Position numbers and translations under genes: made by a program. Under the pieces are notes generated by a model. That model saw only the letters and a program-made list of their open reading frames with translations, searched no databases and was not told the DNA's origin. This document shows, in pieces, positions 35,001-50,000 of a DNA stretch of 64,000 bases (positions are counted from its first letter, which is position 1; each line of letters starts with the position of its first letter). Source of the stretch: Mobula hypostoma (taxonomy: Eukaryota); assembly GCF_963921235.1 (NCBI RefSeq), contig NC_086108.1, forward strand, positions 39,434,001 through 39,498,000. Reading direction: 5' to 3'.

Positions 35001-38000
35001 AGAGGGTGAGTACAGGAGGGGAATGGGTGAATACAGAATGGGAGTGGGTGTGTACTGGAGGGGAGTGGGTGAGTAAAGTAGGGGAGTGGGTGAACATAGG
35101 AGTGGAGTGGGTGAGTACTGGAGGGGAGTGTCTAAGTTCAGCAGGGGAATGGGTGAGTACGGGAGGGGAATGGGTGACTAGGAAGGGGAGTGAGTGAGTA
35201 CAGGAGGGGAATGGGTGAGTAAAGGAGGGGAATGAGTGAGTGCAGGAGGGGAATGGGTGAGTACGGGAGGGAAGTGGGTGAGTACACGAGGGGATGGGTG
35301 AGTACAGGAGGAGAGCGGGTGAGTACAGGAGGGGAGTGGGTGTGTACAGGATGGGAATGAGTGAGTACGGGAGGGGAATGGGTGAGTACTGGATGGGCGT
35401 GGGTGAATACAGGAGGGTAATGGGTGAATACAGGAGGGGAATGCGTGAATGCAGGGGGGAATGCGTGAATACAGGAGGGGAGTGGGTGAGTACGGGAGGG
35501 GAGTGGGTGAGTACAGGAGGGGAGTGGGTGAATACAGGAGGGGAATAGGTGAATGCAGGAGGGGAGTGGATGAGTACGGGAGGGTAGTGGGTGAGTACAG
35601 AAGGGGAATAAGTGAGAACAGAAGGGGGGTGGGTGAGTACGGGAGGGGAGTGGGTGAGTATGGGAGGGGAATGGGTGAATACAGGAGGGGAGTGGGTGAA
35701 TATAGCGGGGGAATGGGTGAGTACAGGAGGGGAATGGGTGAGTACGGGAGGGGAATGGGTGTTTACAGGATGGGAATAGGTGAGTACGGGAGGGGAGTGG
35801 GTGAATACAGGAGGTCAGTGGGTGAATATAGGAGCGGAAGGGGTGCGTACAGGAGGAGAGTGGGTGAGTGCAGGAGGGGAATGGGTGAATTCAGGAGGGG
35901 AATGGTGAGTACGCAAGGGGAGTGCGTGAATACAGGAGGAGAGTGGGTGAGTACTGGAGGGGAATGGGTGAATATTGGAGGGGAATGGGTGAATACAGGA
36001 GGTGAGTGGCTGAATACAGGAGGGGAATGGGTGAGTACAGGAGGAGAGTGGGTGAGTGCAGGAAGGGAATAGGTGAATTCAGGAGAGGTGTGGGTGAATA
36101 CAGGAGGGAGTGGGTGAATACAGAAAGGGAGTGGGTGAGTACAGGAGGGAAATGGGTAAATACAGGAGGGGAATGCGTGAGTACGGGAGGGGAGTGGGTG
36201 AATAAAGGAGGGGAGTGGATGAGTACAGGAGGGGTATGTGTGAATGCAAGAGGGGAATGGGTGAGTACGGGAGGGGAGTGGGTGAATACAGGAGGGGAGT
36301 GGGTGAGTACTGGCGGGGAATGGGTTAATATTGGAGTGGAATGGGTGAATACAGGATTTGAGTGGGTGAGTACAGGAGGGGAGTGGGTGAGTACAGGAGG
36401 GAGTGGGTGAATACAGAAGGGGAGTGGGTGAGTACAGGCGGGAAATGGGTGAATACAGGAGAGGAATGTGTGAGTACGGGAGGGTAGTGGGTGAATAAAG
36501 GAGGGGAGTGGGTGAGTACAGGAGGGGAGTGGGTGAGGACAGGAGGGAGTGGATGAATACAGAAGGGGAGTGGATGAGTACAGGAGGGGAATGGGTGAGT
36601 CCAGAAGGGAGTGGGTGAATACAGAAGGGGGAGAGGGTGAGTACCGGAGAGGAATGGGTGAATACAGAAGGGGAGTGGGTGAGTACTGGAGGGGAGAGTC
36701 TAATTTCAGGAGGGGAATGGGTGAGTACGGGGGGTGAATGGGTGACTAGGAAGGGGAGTGGGTGAGTACAGGAGGGGAATGGGTGACTAGGAAGGGGAGT
36801 GGGTGAGTACTGGAGGGGAATGGGTGAGTACAGGAGGGGTATGAGTGATTGCAGGAGGGGAATGGGTGAATACAGGAGCGGAATGCGTGAGTACGGGAGG
36901 GGAGTGGGTGAATACCGAAGGGGAGTGGGTGAGTCCAGAAGGGAGTGGGTGAATACAGAAGGGGGAGAGGGTGAGTACACGAGGGGAATGGGTGAATACA
37001 GAAGGGGAGTGGGTGAGTACTGGAGGGGAGTGGGTGAGTAAAGTAGGGGAGTGGGTGAACATGGGAATGGAGTGGGTGAGTACTGGAGGGGAGTGTCTAA
37101 GTTCAGCAGGGGAATGGGTGAGTACGGGAGGGGAATGGGTGAGTACAGGAGGGGAATGAGTGAGTGCAGGAGGGGAATGGGTGAGTAAAGGAGGGGAATG
37201 AGTGAGTGCAGGAGGGGAATGGGTGAGTACGGGAGGGGAGTGGCTGAGTACAGGAGGGGATGCGTGAGTACAGGAGGGGAGTGGGTGAGTACAGGAGGGG
37301 AGTGGGTGTACACAGGATGGGAATGAGTGAGTACGGGAGGGGAATGGGTGAGTACTGGATGGGAGTGGGTGAATACAGGAGGGCAATGGGTGAATACAGG
37401 AGGGGAATGCGTGAATGCAGGGGGGAATGCGTGAATACAGGAGGGGAGTGGGTGAGTACGGGAGGGGAATAGGTGAATGCAGGAGGGGAGTGGGTGAGGA
37501 CAGGAGGGGAGTAAGTGAGAACAGGAGGGGAGTGGGTGAGTACAGGAGGGGAGTGGGTGAGTATGGGAGGGGAATGGGTGAATACAGGACGGGAGCGGGT
37601 GAATATAGCGGGGGAATGGGTGAGTACAGGAGGGGAATGGGTGAGTACGGGAGGGGAATGGGTGTTTACAGGATGGGAATAGGTGAGTACAGGAGGGGAG
37701 TTGGTGAATACAGGAGGTGAGTGGGTGAATATAGGAGGGGAAGGGGTGAGTACAGGAGGAGAGTGGGTGAGTGCAGGAGGGGAATGGGTGAATTCAGGAG
37801 GGGAATGGGTGAGTACGGGAGGGGAGTGGGTGAATACAGGAGGTGAGTGGCTGAATACAGGAGGGGGAATGGGTGAGTACAGGAGGAGAGTGGGTGAGTG
37901 CAGGAAGGGAATAGGTGAATTCAGGAGAGGTGTGGGTGAGTCCAGAAGGGAGTGGGTGAATACAGAAGGGGGAGAGGGTGAGTACACGAGGGGAATGGGT

Positions 38001-41000
38001 GAATACAGAAGGGGAGTGGGTGAGTACTGGAGGGGAGTGGGTGAGTAAAGTAGGGGAGTGGGTGAACATGGGAATGGAGTGGGTGAGTACTGGAGGGGAG
38101 TGTCTAAGTTCAGCAGGGGAATGGGTGAGTACGGGAGGGGAATGGGTGAGTACAGGAGGGGAATGAGTGAGTGCAGGAGGGGAATGGGTGAATACAGGAG
38201 GGGAATCGGTGAGAACAGGAGGAGAATGGGTGAGTACGGGAGTGGAGTGGGTGAGTACAGGAGGGGATGGGTGAGTACAGGAGGGGAGCGGGTGAGCACA
38301 GGAGGGGAGTGGGTGTATACAGGATGGGAATAAGTGAGTACGGGAGGGGAATGGGTGACTAGGAAGGGGAGTGGGTGAGTACTGGAGGGGAATGGGTGAG
38401 TACAGGAGGGGTATGAGTGAGTGCAGGAGGGGAATGGGTGAATACAGGATGGGAATGCATGAGTACGGGAGGGGAGTGGGTGAATAAAGGAGGGGAGTGG
38501 GTGAGTACAGGAGGGAGTGGGTGAATACAGAAGGGGAGTGGGTGAGTCCAGAAGGGAGTGGGTGAATACAGAAGGGGGAGAGGGTGAGTACAGGAGGGGA
38601 ATGGGTGAATACAGAACGGGAGTGGGTGTGTACTGGAGGGGAGTGGGTGAGTAAAGTAGGGGAGTGGGTGAACATAGGAGTGGAGTGGGTGAGTACTGGA
38701 GGGGAGTGTCTAAGTTCAGCAGGGGAATGGGTGAGTATGGGAGGGGAATGGGTGACTAGGAAGGGGAGTGAGTGAGTACAGGAGGGAGTGGGTGAATACA
38801 GAAAGGGAGTGGGCGAGTGCAGGAAGGGAATGGGTGAATTCAGGAGAGGTGTGGGTGAATACAGGAGGGAGTGGGTGAATACAGAAAGGGAGTGGGTGAG
38901 TCCAGGAGGGAAATGGGTAAATACAGGAGGGGAATGCGTGAGTATGGGAGGGGAGTGAGTGAATAAAGGAGGGGAGTGGATGAGTACAGGAGGGGTATGT
39001 GTGAATACAAGAGGGGAATGGGTGAGTACGGGAGGGGAGTGGGTGAATACAGGAGGGGAGTGGGTGAGTACTGGCGGGGAATGGGTTAATATTGGAGGGG
39101 AATGGGTGAATACAGGATTTGAGTGGGTGAGTACAGGAGGGGAGTGGGTGAGTACAGGAAGGAGTGGGTGAATACAGAAGGGGAGTGGGTGAGTACAGGA
39201 GGGGAATGGGTGAGTCCAGAAGGGAGTGGGTGAATACAGAAGGGGGAGAGGGTGAGTACAGGAGGGTAATGGGTGAATACAGGAGGGGAATGCGTGAGTA
39301 CGGGAGGGGAGTTGGTGAATAAAGGAGGGGAGTGGGTGAGTACAAGAGGGGAGTGGGTGAGTACAGGAGGGAGTGGGTGAATACAGAACTGGAGTGGGTG
39401 AGTACAGGAGGGGAATGGGTGAGTCCAGAAGGGAGTGGGTGAATACAGAAGGCGGAGAGGGTGAGTACAGGAGGGGAATGGGTGAATACAGAAGGGGAGT
39501 GGGTGAGTACAGGAGGGGAGTGGGTGAGTACAGGAGGGGAGTCAGTGAGTACAGGAGGGAGTGGGTGAATACACAAGGGGAGTAGGTGAATACACGAGGG
39601 GAATGGGTGAGTACAGGAGGGGAGTGGGTGAGTATGGGAGGGGAATGGGTGAGTATGGGAGGGGTATGGTTGAATACAGGAGGAGAGTGGGTGAATACAG
39701 GGGGGGAATGGGTAAGTACAGGAGGGGAATGGGTGAGTACGGGAGTGGAATGGTTATTTACAGGATGGGAATAGGTGAGTACGGGAGGGGAGTGGGTGAA
39801 TACAGGAGGGGAGTGGGTGAGTACAGGAGGGGAGTGGGTGAGTACAGGAGGGGAGTTGGTGAGTACAGGAGGGAGTGGGTGAATACACAACGGGAGTAGG
39901 TGAATACAGGAGGGGAATGGGTGAGTAAAGGAGGGGAATGAGTGAGTGCAGGAGGGGAATGGGTGAGTACGGGAGGGAAGTGGGTGAGTACACGAGGGGA
40001 TGGGTGAGTACAGGAGGAGAGCGGGTGAGTACAGGAGGGGAGTGGGTGTGTACAGGATGGGAATGAGTGAGTACGGGAGGGGAATGGGTGAGTACTGGAT
40101 GGGCGTGGGTGAATACAGGAGGGTAATGGGTGAATACAGGAGGGGAATGCGTGAATGCAGGGGTGAATGCGTGAATACAGGAGGGGAGTGGGTGAGTACG
40201 GGAGGGGAGTGGGTGAGTACAGGAGGGGAGTGGGTGAATACAGGAGGGGAATAGGTGAATGCAGGAGGGGAGTGGATGAGTACGGGAGGGTAGTGGGTGA
40301 GTACAGAAGGGGAATAAGTGAGAACAGAAGGGGGGTGGGTGAGTACGGGAGGGGAGTGGGTGAGTATGGGAGGGGAATGGGTGAATACAGGAGGGGAGTG
40401 GGTGAATATAGCGGGGGAATGGGTGAGTACAGGAGGGGAATGGGTGAGTACGGGAGGGGAATGGGTGTTTACAGGATGGGAATAGGTGAGTACGGGTGGG
40501 GAGTGGGTGAATACAGGAGGTCAGTGGGTGAATATAGGAGCGGAAGGGGTGCGTACAGGAGGAGAGTGGGTGAGTGCAGGAGGGGAATGGGTGAATTCAG
40601 GAGGGGAATGGTGAGTACGCGAGGGGAGTGCGTGAATACAGGAGGAGAGTGGGTGAGTACTGGAGGGGAATGGGTGAATATTGGAGGGGAATGGGTGAAT
40701 ACAGGAGGTGAGTGGCTGAATACAGGAGGGGAATGGGTGAGTACAGGAGGAGAGTGGGTGAGTGCAGGAAGGGAATAGGTGAATTCAGGAGAGGTGTGGA
40801 TGAATACAGGAGGGAGTGGGTGAATACAGAAAGGGAGTGGGTGAGTACAGGAGGGAAATGGGTAAATACAGGAGGGGAATGCGTGAGTACGGGAGGGGAG
40901 TGGGTGAATAAAGGAGGGGAGTGGATGAGTACAGGAGGGGTATGTGTGAATGCAAGAGGGGAATGGGTGAGTACGGGAGGGGAGTGGGTGAATACAGGAG

Positions 41001-44000
41001 GGGAGTGGGTGAGTACTGGCGGGGAATGGGTTAATATTGGAGTGGAATGGGTGAATACAGGATTTGAGTGGGTGAGTACAGGAGGGGAGTGGGTGAGTAC
41101 AGGAGGGAGTGGGTGAATACAGAAGGGGAGTGGGTGAGTACAGGCGGGAAATGGGTGAATACAGGAGAGGAATGTGTGAGTACGGGAGGGTAGTGGGTGA
41201 ATAAAGGAGGGGAGTGGGTGAGTACAGGAGGGGAGTGGGTGAGGACAGGAGGGAGTGGATGAATACAGAAGGGGAGTGGGTGAGTACAGGAGGGGAATGG
41301 GTGAGTCCAGAAGGGAGTGGGTGAATACAGAAGGGGGAGAGGGTGAGTGCAGGAGAGGAATGGGTGAATACAGAAGGGGAGTGGGTGAGTACTGGAGGGG
41401 AGAGTCTAATTTCAGGAGGGGAATGGGTGAGTACGGGAGGGGAATGGGTGACTAGGAAGGGGAGTGGGTGAGTACACGAGGGGAATGGGTGACTAGGAAG
41501 GGGAGTGGGTGAGTACTGGAGGGGAATGGGTGAGTACAGGAGGGGTATGAGTGATTGCAGGAGGGGAATGGGTGAATACAGGAGCGGAATGCGTGAGTAC
41601 GGGAGGGGAGTGGGTGAATACCGAAGGGGAGTGGGTGAGTCCAGAAGGGAGTGGGTGAATACAGAAGGGGGAGAGGGTGAGTACACGAGGGGAATGGGTG
41701 AATACAGAAGGGGAGTGGGTGAGTACTGGAGGGGAGTGGGTGAGTAAAGTAGGGGAGTGGGTGAACATGGGAATGGAGTGGGTGAGTACTGGAGGGGAGT
41801 GTCTAAGTTCAGCAGGGGAATGGGTGAGTACGGGAGGGGAATGGGTGAGTACAGGAGGGGAATGAGTGAGTGCAGGAGGGGAATGGGTGAGTAAAGGAGG
41901 GGAATGAGTGAGTGCAGGAGGGGAATGGGTGAGTACGGGAGGGGAGTGGCTGAGTACAGGAGGGGATGCGTGAGTACAGGAGGGGAGTGGGTGAGTACAG
42001 GAGGGGGGAGTGGGTGTACACAGGATGGGAATGAGTGAGTACGGGAGGGGAATGGGTGAGTACTGGATGGGAGTGGGTGAATACAGGAGGGCAATGGGTG
42101 AATGCAGGAGGGGAATGCGTGAATGCAGGGGGGAATGCGTGAATACAGGAGGGGAGTGGGTGAGTACGGGAGGGGAATAGGTGAATGCAGGAGGGGAGTG
42201 GGTGAGGACAGGAGGGGAGTAAGTGAGAACAGGAGGGGAGTGGGTGAGTACAGGAGGGGAGTGGGTGAGTATGGGAGGGGAATGGGTGAATACAGGAGGG
42301 GAGTGGGTGAATATAGCGGGGGAATGGGTGAGTACAGGAGGGGAATGGGTGAGTACGGGAGGGGAATGGGTGTTTACAGGATGGGAATAGGTGAGTACAG
42401 GAGGGGAGTGGGTGAATACAGGAGGTGAGTGGGTGAATATAGGAGGGGAAGGGGTGAGTACAGGAGGAGAGTGGGTGAGTGCAGGAGGGGAATGGGTGAA
42501 TTCAGGAGGGGAATGGGTGAGTACGGGAGGGGAGTGGGTGAATACAGGAGGTGAGTGGCTGAATACAGGAGGGGGAATGGGTGAGTACAGGAGGAGAGTG
42601 GGTGAGTGCAGGAAGGGAATAGGTGAATTCAGGAGAGGTGTGGGTGAGTCCAGAAGGGAGTGGGTGAATACAGAAGGGGGAGAGGGTGAGTACACGAGGG
42701 GAATGGGTGAATACAGAAGGGGAGTGGGTGAGTACTGGAGGGGAGTGGGTGAGTAAAGTAGGGGAGTGGGTGAACATGGGAATGGAGTGGGTGAGTACTG
42801 GAGGGGAGTGTCTAAGTTCAGCAGGGGAATGGGTGAGTACGGGAGGGGAATGGGTGAGTACAGGAGGGGAATGAGTGAGTGCAGGAGGGGAATGGGTGAA
42901 TACAGGAGGGGAATCGGTGAGAACAGGAGGAGAATGGGTGAGTACGGGAGTGGAGTGGGTGAGTACAGGAGGGGATGGGTGAGTACAGGAGGGGAGCGGG
43001 TGAGCACAGGAGGGGAGTGGGTGTATACAGGATGGAAATAAGTGAGTACGGGAGGGGAATGGGTGACTAGGAAGGGGAGTGGGTGAGTACTGGAGGGGAA
43101 TGGGTGAGTACAGGAGGGGTATGAGTGAGTGCAGGAGGGGAATGGGTGAATACAGGATGGGAATGCATGAGTACGGGAGGGGAGTGGGTGAATAAAGGAG
43201 GGGAGTGGGTGAGTACAGGAGGGAGTGGGTGAATACAGAAGGGGAGTGGGTGAGTCCAGAAGGGAGTGGGTGAATACAGAAGGGGGAGAGGGTGAGTACA
43301 GGAGGGGAATGGGTGAATACAGAACGGGAGTGGGTGTGTACTGGAGGGGAGTGGGTGAGTAAAGTAGGGGAGTGGGTGAACATAGGAGTGGAGTGGGTGA
43401 GTACTGGAGGGGAGTGTCTAAGTTCAGCAGGGGAATGGGTGAGTATGGGAGGGGAATGGGTGACTAGGAAGGGGAGTGAGTGAGTACAGGAGGGAGTGGG
43501 TGAATACAGAAAGGGAGTGGGCGAGTGCAGGAAGGGAATGGGTGAATTCAGGAGAGGTGTGGGTGAATACAGGAGGGAGTGGGTGAATACAGAAAGGGAG
43601 TGGGTGAGTCCAGGAGGGAAATGGGTAAATACAGGAGGGGAATGCGTGAGTATGGGAGGGGAGTGAGTGAATAAAGGAGGGGAGTGGATGAGTACAGGAG
43701 GGGTATGTGTGAATACAAGAGGGGAATGGGTGAGTACGGGAGGGGAGTGGGTGAATACAGGAGGGGAGTGGGTGAGTACTGGCGGGGAATGGGTTAATAT
43801 TGGAGGGGAATGGGTGAATACAGGATTTGAGTGGGTGAGTACAGGAGGGGAGTGGGTGAGTACAGGAAGGAGTGGGTGAATACAGAAGGGGAGTGGGTGA
43901 GTACAGGAGGGGAATGGGTGAGTCCAGAAGGGAGTGGGTGAATACAGAAGGGGGAGAGGGTGAGTACAGGAGGGTAATGGGTGAATACAGGAGGGGAATG

Positions 44001-47000
44001 CGTGAGTACGGGAGGGGAGTTGGTGAATAAAGGAGGGGAGTGGGTGAGTACAAGAGGGGAGTGGGTGAGTACAGGAGGGAGTGGGTGAATACAGAACTGG
44101 AGTGGGTGAGTACAGGAGGGGAATGGGTGAGTCCAGAAGGGAGTGGGTGAATACAGAAGGCGGAGAGGGTGAGTACAGGAGGGGAATGGGTGAATACAGA
44201 AGGGGAGTGGGTGAGTACAGGAGGGGAGTGGGTGAGTACAGGAGGGGAGTCAGTGAGTACAGGAGGGAGTGGGTGAATACACAAGGGGAGTAGGTGAATA
44301 CACGAGGGGAATGGGTGAGTACAGGAGGGGAGTGGGTGAGTATGGGAGGGGAATGGGTGAGTATGGGAGGGGTATGGTTGAATACAGGAGGAGAGTGGGT
44401 GAATACAGGGGGGGAATGGGTGAGTACAGGAGGGGAATGGGTGAGTACGGGAGTGGAATGGTTATTTACAGGATGGGAATAGGTGAGTACGGGAGGGGAG
44501 TGGGTGAATACAGGAGGGGAGTGGGTGAGTACAGGAGGGGAGTGGGTGAGTACAGGAGGGGAGTTGGTGAGTACAGGAGGGAGTGGGTGAATACACAACG
44601 GGAGTAGGTGAATACAGGAGGGGAATGGGTGAGTACAGGAGGGGAGTGGGTGAGTATGGGAGGGGAATGGGTGAGTATGGGAGTGGTATGGGTGAATACA
44701 GGAGGAGAGTGCGTGAATACAGGGGGGCAATGGGTGAGTACTGGAGGGGAATGGGTGAGTACGGGAGGGGAATGGTTATTTACAGGATGGGAATAGGTGA
44801 GTACGGGAGGGGAGTGGGTGAATACTGGAGGGGTATGGGTTAATACAGGAGGGGAGTGGGTGAATACAGGAGGGAAGTGGGTGAGTACAGGAGGGGAGTG
44901 GGTGAGTACAGGAGGGAGTGGGTGAATACAGAAGGGGAGTGGGTGAGTCCAGAAGGGAGTGGGTGAATACAGAAGGGGGGAGTGGGTGAATACAGGAGGG
45001 CAATGGGTGAATACAGGAGGGGAATGCGTGAATGCAGGAGGGGATTGCGTGAATACAGGAGGGGAGTGGGTGAGTACGGGAGGGGAGTGGGTGCGTACAG
45101 GAGGGGAGTGGGTGAATACAGGAGCGGAATAGCTGAATGCAGGAGGGGAGTGGGTGAGTACGGAAGTGTAGTGGGTGAGTACAGGAGGGGAATGAGTGAG
45201 TACAGGATGGGAGTGGGTGAGTACAGGAGGGGAGTGGGTGAGTATGGGAGGGGAATTGGTGAATATAGAGGGGAGTGGGTGAATACAGGGGCGAATGGGT
45301 GAGTACAGGAGGGTAATGGGTGAGTATGGGAGGGAAATGGGTGTTTACAAGATGGGAATAGGAGAGTACGGGAGGGGAATGGGTGAGTACGGGAGGGGAA
45401 TGGGTGTTTACAGGATGGGAATAGGTGAGTACAGGTGGGGAGTGGGTGAGTACAGGTGGGGTATGGGTGAATACAGGAGGGGAATGGGTTAATTCAGGAG
45501 TGGAGTGGGTGAATACAGGATTTGAGAGGGTGAGTACAGGAGGGGAGTGGGTGAGTACAGGAGGGAGTGGGTGAATACAGAAGGGGAGTGGGAGAGTAAA
45601 GGAGGAGAATGAGTGAGTACAGGAGGGGAGTGGGTGAGTACTGGATGGGAGTGGGTGAGTACAGGAGGGCAATGGGTGAATACAGGAGGGGAATGGGTGA
45701 GTACAGGAGGAGAGTGGGTGAGTGCAGGAAGGGAATGGGTGAATTCAGGAGAGGAGTGGGTGAATCCAGGAGGTAGTGGGTGAATACAGAAAGGGAGTGG
45801 GAGAGTACAGGAGGGAAATAGGTGAATACAGGAGGGGAATGCATGAGAACGGGAGGGGAGTGGGTGAATAAAGAAGGGGAGTGTGTGAGTACAGGAGGGG
45901 TATGGGTGAATACAGGAGGGGAATGGATGAGTACGGGAGGGGAGTGGGTGAATACAGGAGGGGAGTGGGTGAGTACTGGAGGAGAATGGGTGAATATTGG
46001 AGGGGAATGAGTGAGTACAGGAGGAGAGTGGGTGAGTGCAGGAGGGGAATGGGTTAATTCAGGAGGGGAGTGGGTGAATACAGGATTCGAGTGGGTGAGT
46101 ACAGGAGGGGAATGGGTGAGTACGGGAGGTGAATGGGTGACTAGGAAGGGGAGTGGTGAGTACAGGAGGGGAATGGGTGACTGGGAAGGGGAGTGGGTGA
46201 GTACTGGAGGGGAATAGGTGAATACAGGAGGGGAATGCGTGAGTACGGGAGGGGAGTGGGTGAATAAAGGAGGGGAGTGGGTGAGTACAGGAGGGGTATG
46301 GGTGAATACAGGAGGGGAATGGATGAGTACGGGAGGGGAGTGGGTGAATACAGGAGGGGAGTGGGTGAGTACTGGAGGGGAGTGGGTGAGTACTGGAGGG
46401 GAGTCGGTGAATAAAGGAGATGAGTGGGTGAGTACAGGAGGGGAGTGCATGAGGACAGGAGGGAGTGGCTGAATACAGAAGGGGAGTGGGTGAGTACAGG
46501 AGGGGAATGGGTGAGTCCAGAAGGGAGTGGGTGAATACAGAAGGGGGAGTGGGTGAGTACAGGAGGGGAGTGCATGAGGACAGGAGGGAGTGGGTGAATA
46601 CAGAAGGGGAGTGGGTGAGTACAGGAGGGGAATGGGTGAGTCCAGAAGGGAGTGGGTGAATACAGAAGGGGGAGTGGATGAGTACAGGAGGGGAGTGGGT
46701 GAGTATGGGAGGGGAATTGGTGAATACAGAGGGGAGTGGGTGAATACAGGGGGCGAATGGGTGAGTACAGGAGGGTAATGGGTGAGTACGGGAGGGAAAT
46801 GGGTGTTTACAAGATGGGAATAGGAGAGTACGGGAGGGGAATGGGTGAGTACGGGAGGGGAATGGGTGTTTACAGGATGGGAATAGGTGAGTACAGGTGG
46901 GGAGTGGGTGAATACAGGAGGGGTATGGGTGAATACAGGAGGGGAATGGGTTAATTCAGGAGGGGAGTGGGTGAATACAGGATTTGAGAGGGTGAGTACA

Positions 47001-50000
47001 GGAGGGGAGTTGGTGAGTACAGGAGGGAGTGGGTGAATACAGAAGGGGAGTGGGTGAGTAAAGGAGGAGAATGAGTGAGTACAGGAGGGGAGTGGGTGAG
47101 TACTGGATGGGAGTGGGTGAATACAGGAGGGCAATGGGTGAATACAGGAGGGGAATGGGTGAGTACAGGAGGAGAGTGGGTGAATGCAGGAAGTGAATGG
47201 GTGAATTCAGGACAGGAGTGGGTGAATCCAGGAGGTAGTGGGTGAATACAGAAAGGGAGCTGGTGAGTACAGGAGGGAAATGGGTGAATAAAGGAGGGGA
47301 ATGCATGAGAACGGGAGAGGAGTGGGTGAATAAAGAAGGGGAGTGGGTGAGTACAGGAGGGGTATGGGTGAATACAGGAGGGGAATGGATGAGTACGGGA
47401 GGGGAGTGGGTGAATACAGGAGGGGAGTGGGTGAGTACTGGAGGAGAATGGGTGAATATTGGAGGGGAATGAGTGAGTATAGGAGGAGAGTGGGTGAGTG
47501 CAGGAGGGGAATGGGTTAATTCAGGAGGGGAGTGGGTGAATACAGGATTCGAGTGGGTGAGTACAGGAGGGGAATGGGTGAGTACAGGAGGGGAATGGTT
47601 GACTAGGAAGGGGAGTGGTGAGTACAGGAGGGGAATGGGTGACTAGGAAGGGGAGTGGGTGAGTACTGGAGGGGAATAGGTGAATACAGGAGGGGAATGC
47701 GTGAGTACGGGAGGGGAGTGGGTGAATAAAGGAGGGGAGTGGGTGAGTACAGGAGGAGTATGGGTGAATACAGGAGGGGAATGGATGAGTACGGGAGGGG
47801 AGTGGGTGAATACAGGAGGGGAGTGGGTGAGTACTGGAGGGGAGTGGGTGAGTACTGGAGGGGAGTGGGTGAATAAAGGAGATGAGTGGGTGAGTACAGG
47901 AATGGAGTGCCTGAGGACAGGAGGGAGTGGGTGAATACAGAAGGGGAGTGGGTGAGTACAGGAGGGGAATGGGTGAGTCCAGAAGGGAGTGGGTGAATAC
48001 AGAAGGGGGAGAGGGTGAGTACAGGAGAGGAATGGGTGAATACAAAAGGGCAGTGGGTGAGTACTGGAGGGGAGTGGGTGAGTCCTGGAGGGGAATGGGC
48101 AAATACTGGAGGGGAATGGGTGAGTACAGGAGGGGAGTAGGTGAACATAGGAGTGGAGTGGGTGAGTACTGGATAGGAGTGTCTAACTTCAGGAGGGGAA
48201 TCGGTGAGTAGGGGAGGAGAATGGGTGACTAGGAAGGGGAGTGGGTGAGTACAGGAGGGGAATGGGTGACTAGGAAGGGGAGTGGGTGAGTACTGGAGAG
48301 GAATGGGTGAGTACAGGAGGGGAATGCGTGAGTACGGGAGGGGAGTGGGTGAATAAAGGAGGGGAGTGGGTGAGTACAGGAGGGAGTGGGTGAATACAGA
48401 AGGGGAGTGGGTGAGTCCAGAAGGGAGTGGGTAAATACAGAAGGGGGAGAGGGTGAGTACAGGAGGGGAATGGGTGAATACAGAAGGGGAGTGGGTGAGT
48501 ACTGGAGGGGAATGGCTGAGTAAAGTAGGGGATTGGGTGAACATAGGAGTGGAGTGGGTCAGTACTGGAGGGGAGTGTCTAAGTTCAGCAGGGGAATGGG
48601 TGAGTACGGGAGGGGAATGGGTGAGTACAGGAGGGGATGGGTGAGTACAGGAGGGGAGCGGGTGAGTACAGGAGGGGAGTGTGTGTATACAGGATGGGAA
48701 TGAGTGAGTACGGGAGGGGAATGGGTGAGTACTGGATGGGAGTGGGTGAATACAGGAGGGCAATGGGTGAATACAGGAGGTGAATGCGTGAATGCAGGGG
48801 AGAATGCGTGAATACAGGAGGGGAGTGGGTGAGTACGGGAGGGGAGTGGGTGAGTATAGGAGGGGAGTGGGTGAATACAGGAGGGGAATAGGTGAATGCA
48901 GGAGGGGAGTGGGTGAGTACGGGAGGGTAGTGGGTGAGTACAGGAGGGGAATAAGTGAGAACAGGAGGGGAGTGGGTGAGTACAGGAGGGGAGTGGGTGA
49001 GTATGGGAGGGGAATGGGTGAATACAGGAGGGGAGTGGGTGAATATAGAGGGGGAATGGGTGAGTACGGGAGGGGAATGGGTGTTTACAGGATGGAAATG
49101 GGTGAGTACAGGAGGAGAGTGGCTGAGTGCAGTAGGGGAATGGGTGAATTCAGGAGGGGAATGGGTGAGTACGGGAGGGGAGTGGGTGAATACAGGAGGA
49201 GTGTGGGTGAGTACTGGAGGGGAATGGGTGAATATTGGAGGGGAATGGGTGAATACAGGAGGTGAGTGGGTGAATACAGGAGGGGAATGGGTTAATACAG
49301 GAGGGGAATGCATGAGTACGGGAGGGGAGTGGGTGAATAAAGGAGGGGAGTGGGTGAGTACAAAAGGGGTATGGGTGAATACAGGAGGGGAATGGGTGAG
49401 TACGGGAGGGGATTGGGTGAATACAGGACGGGAGTCGGTGAGTACTGGAGGGGAATCGGTGAATATTGGAGGGGAATTGGTGAGTACAGGAGGAGAGTGG
49501 GTGAGTGCAGGAGGGGAATGGGTGAATTCAGGAGGGGAGTGGGTGAATACAGGAGGGGAGTGGGTGAGTACAGGATGGGAGTGGGTGAGTACAGGAGGGA
49601 GTGGGTGAATACAGAAGGGGAGTGGGTGAGTACAGGAGGGAAATGTGTGAATACAGGAGAGGAATGTGTGAGTACGGGAGGGGAGTTGGTGAATAAAGGA
49701 GGGAAGTGGGTGAGTACAAGAGGGCAGTGGGTGAGTACAGGAGGGAGTGGGTGAATACAGAAGTGGAGTGGGTGAGTACAGGAGATGAATGGGTGAGTCC
49801 AGAAGGGAGTGGGTGAATACAGAAGGGGGAGAATTTGAGTACAGGAGGGGAATGGGTGAATACAGAAGGGGAGTGGGTGAGTACTGGAGAGGAGTGTGTG
49901 AGTACTGGAGGGGAATGGGCGAATACTGGAGGGGAATGGGTGAGAACAGGAGGGTAGTGAGTGAATACAGGAGGGGAGTGGGTGAGTACAGGAGGGGAGT

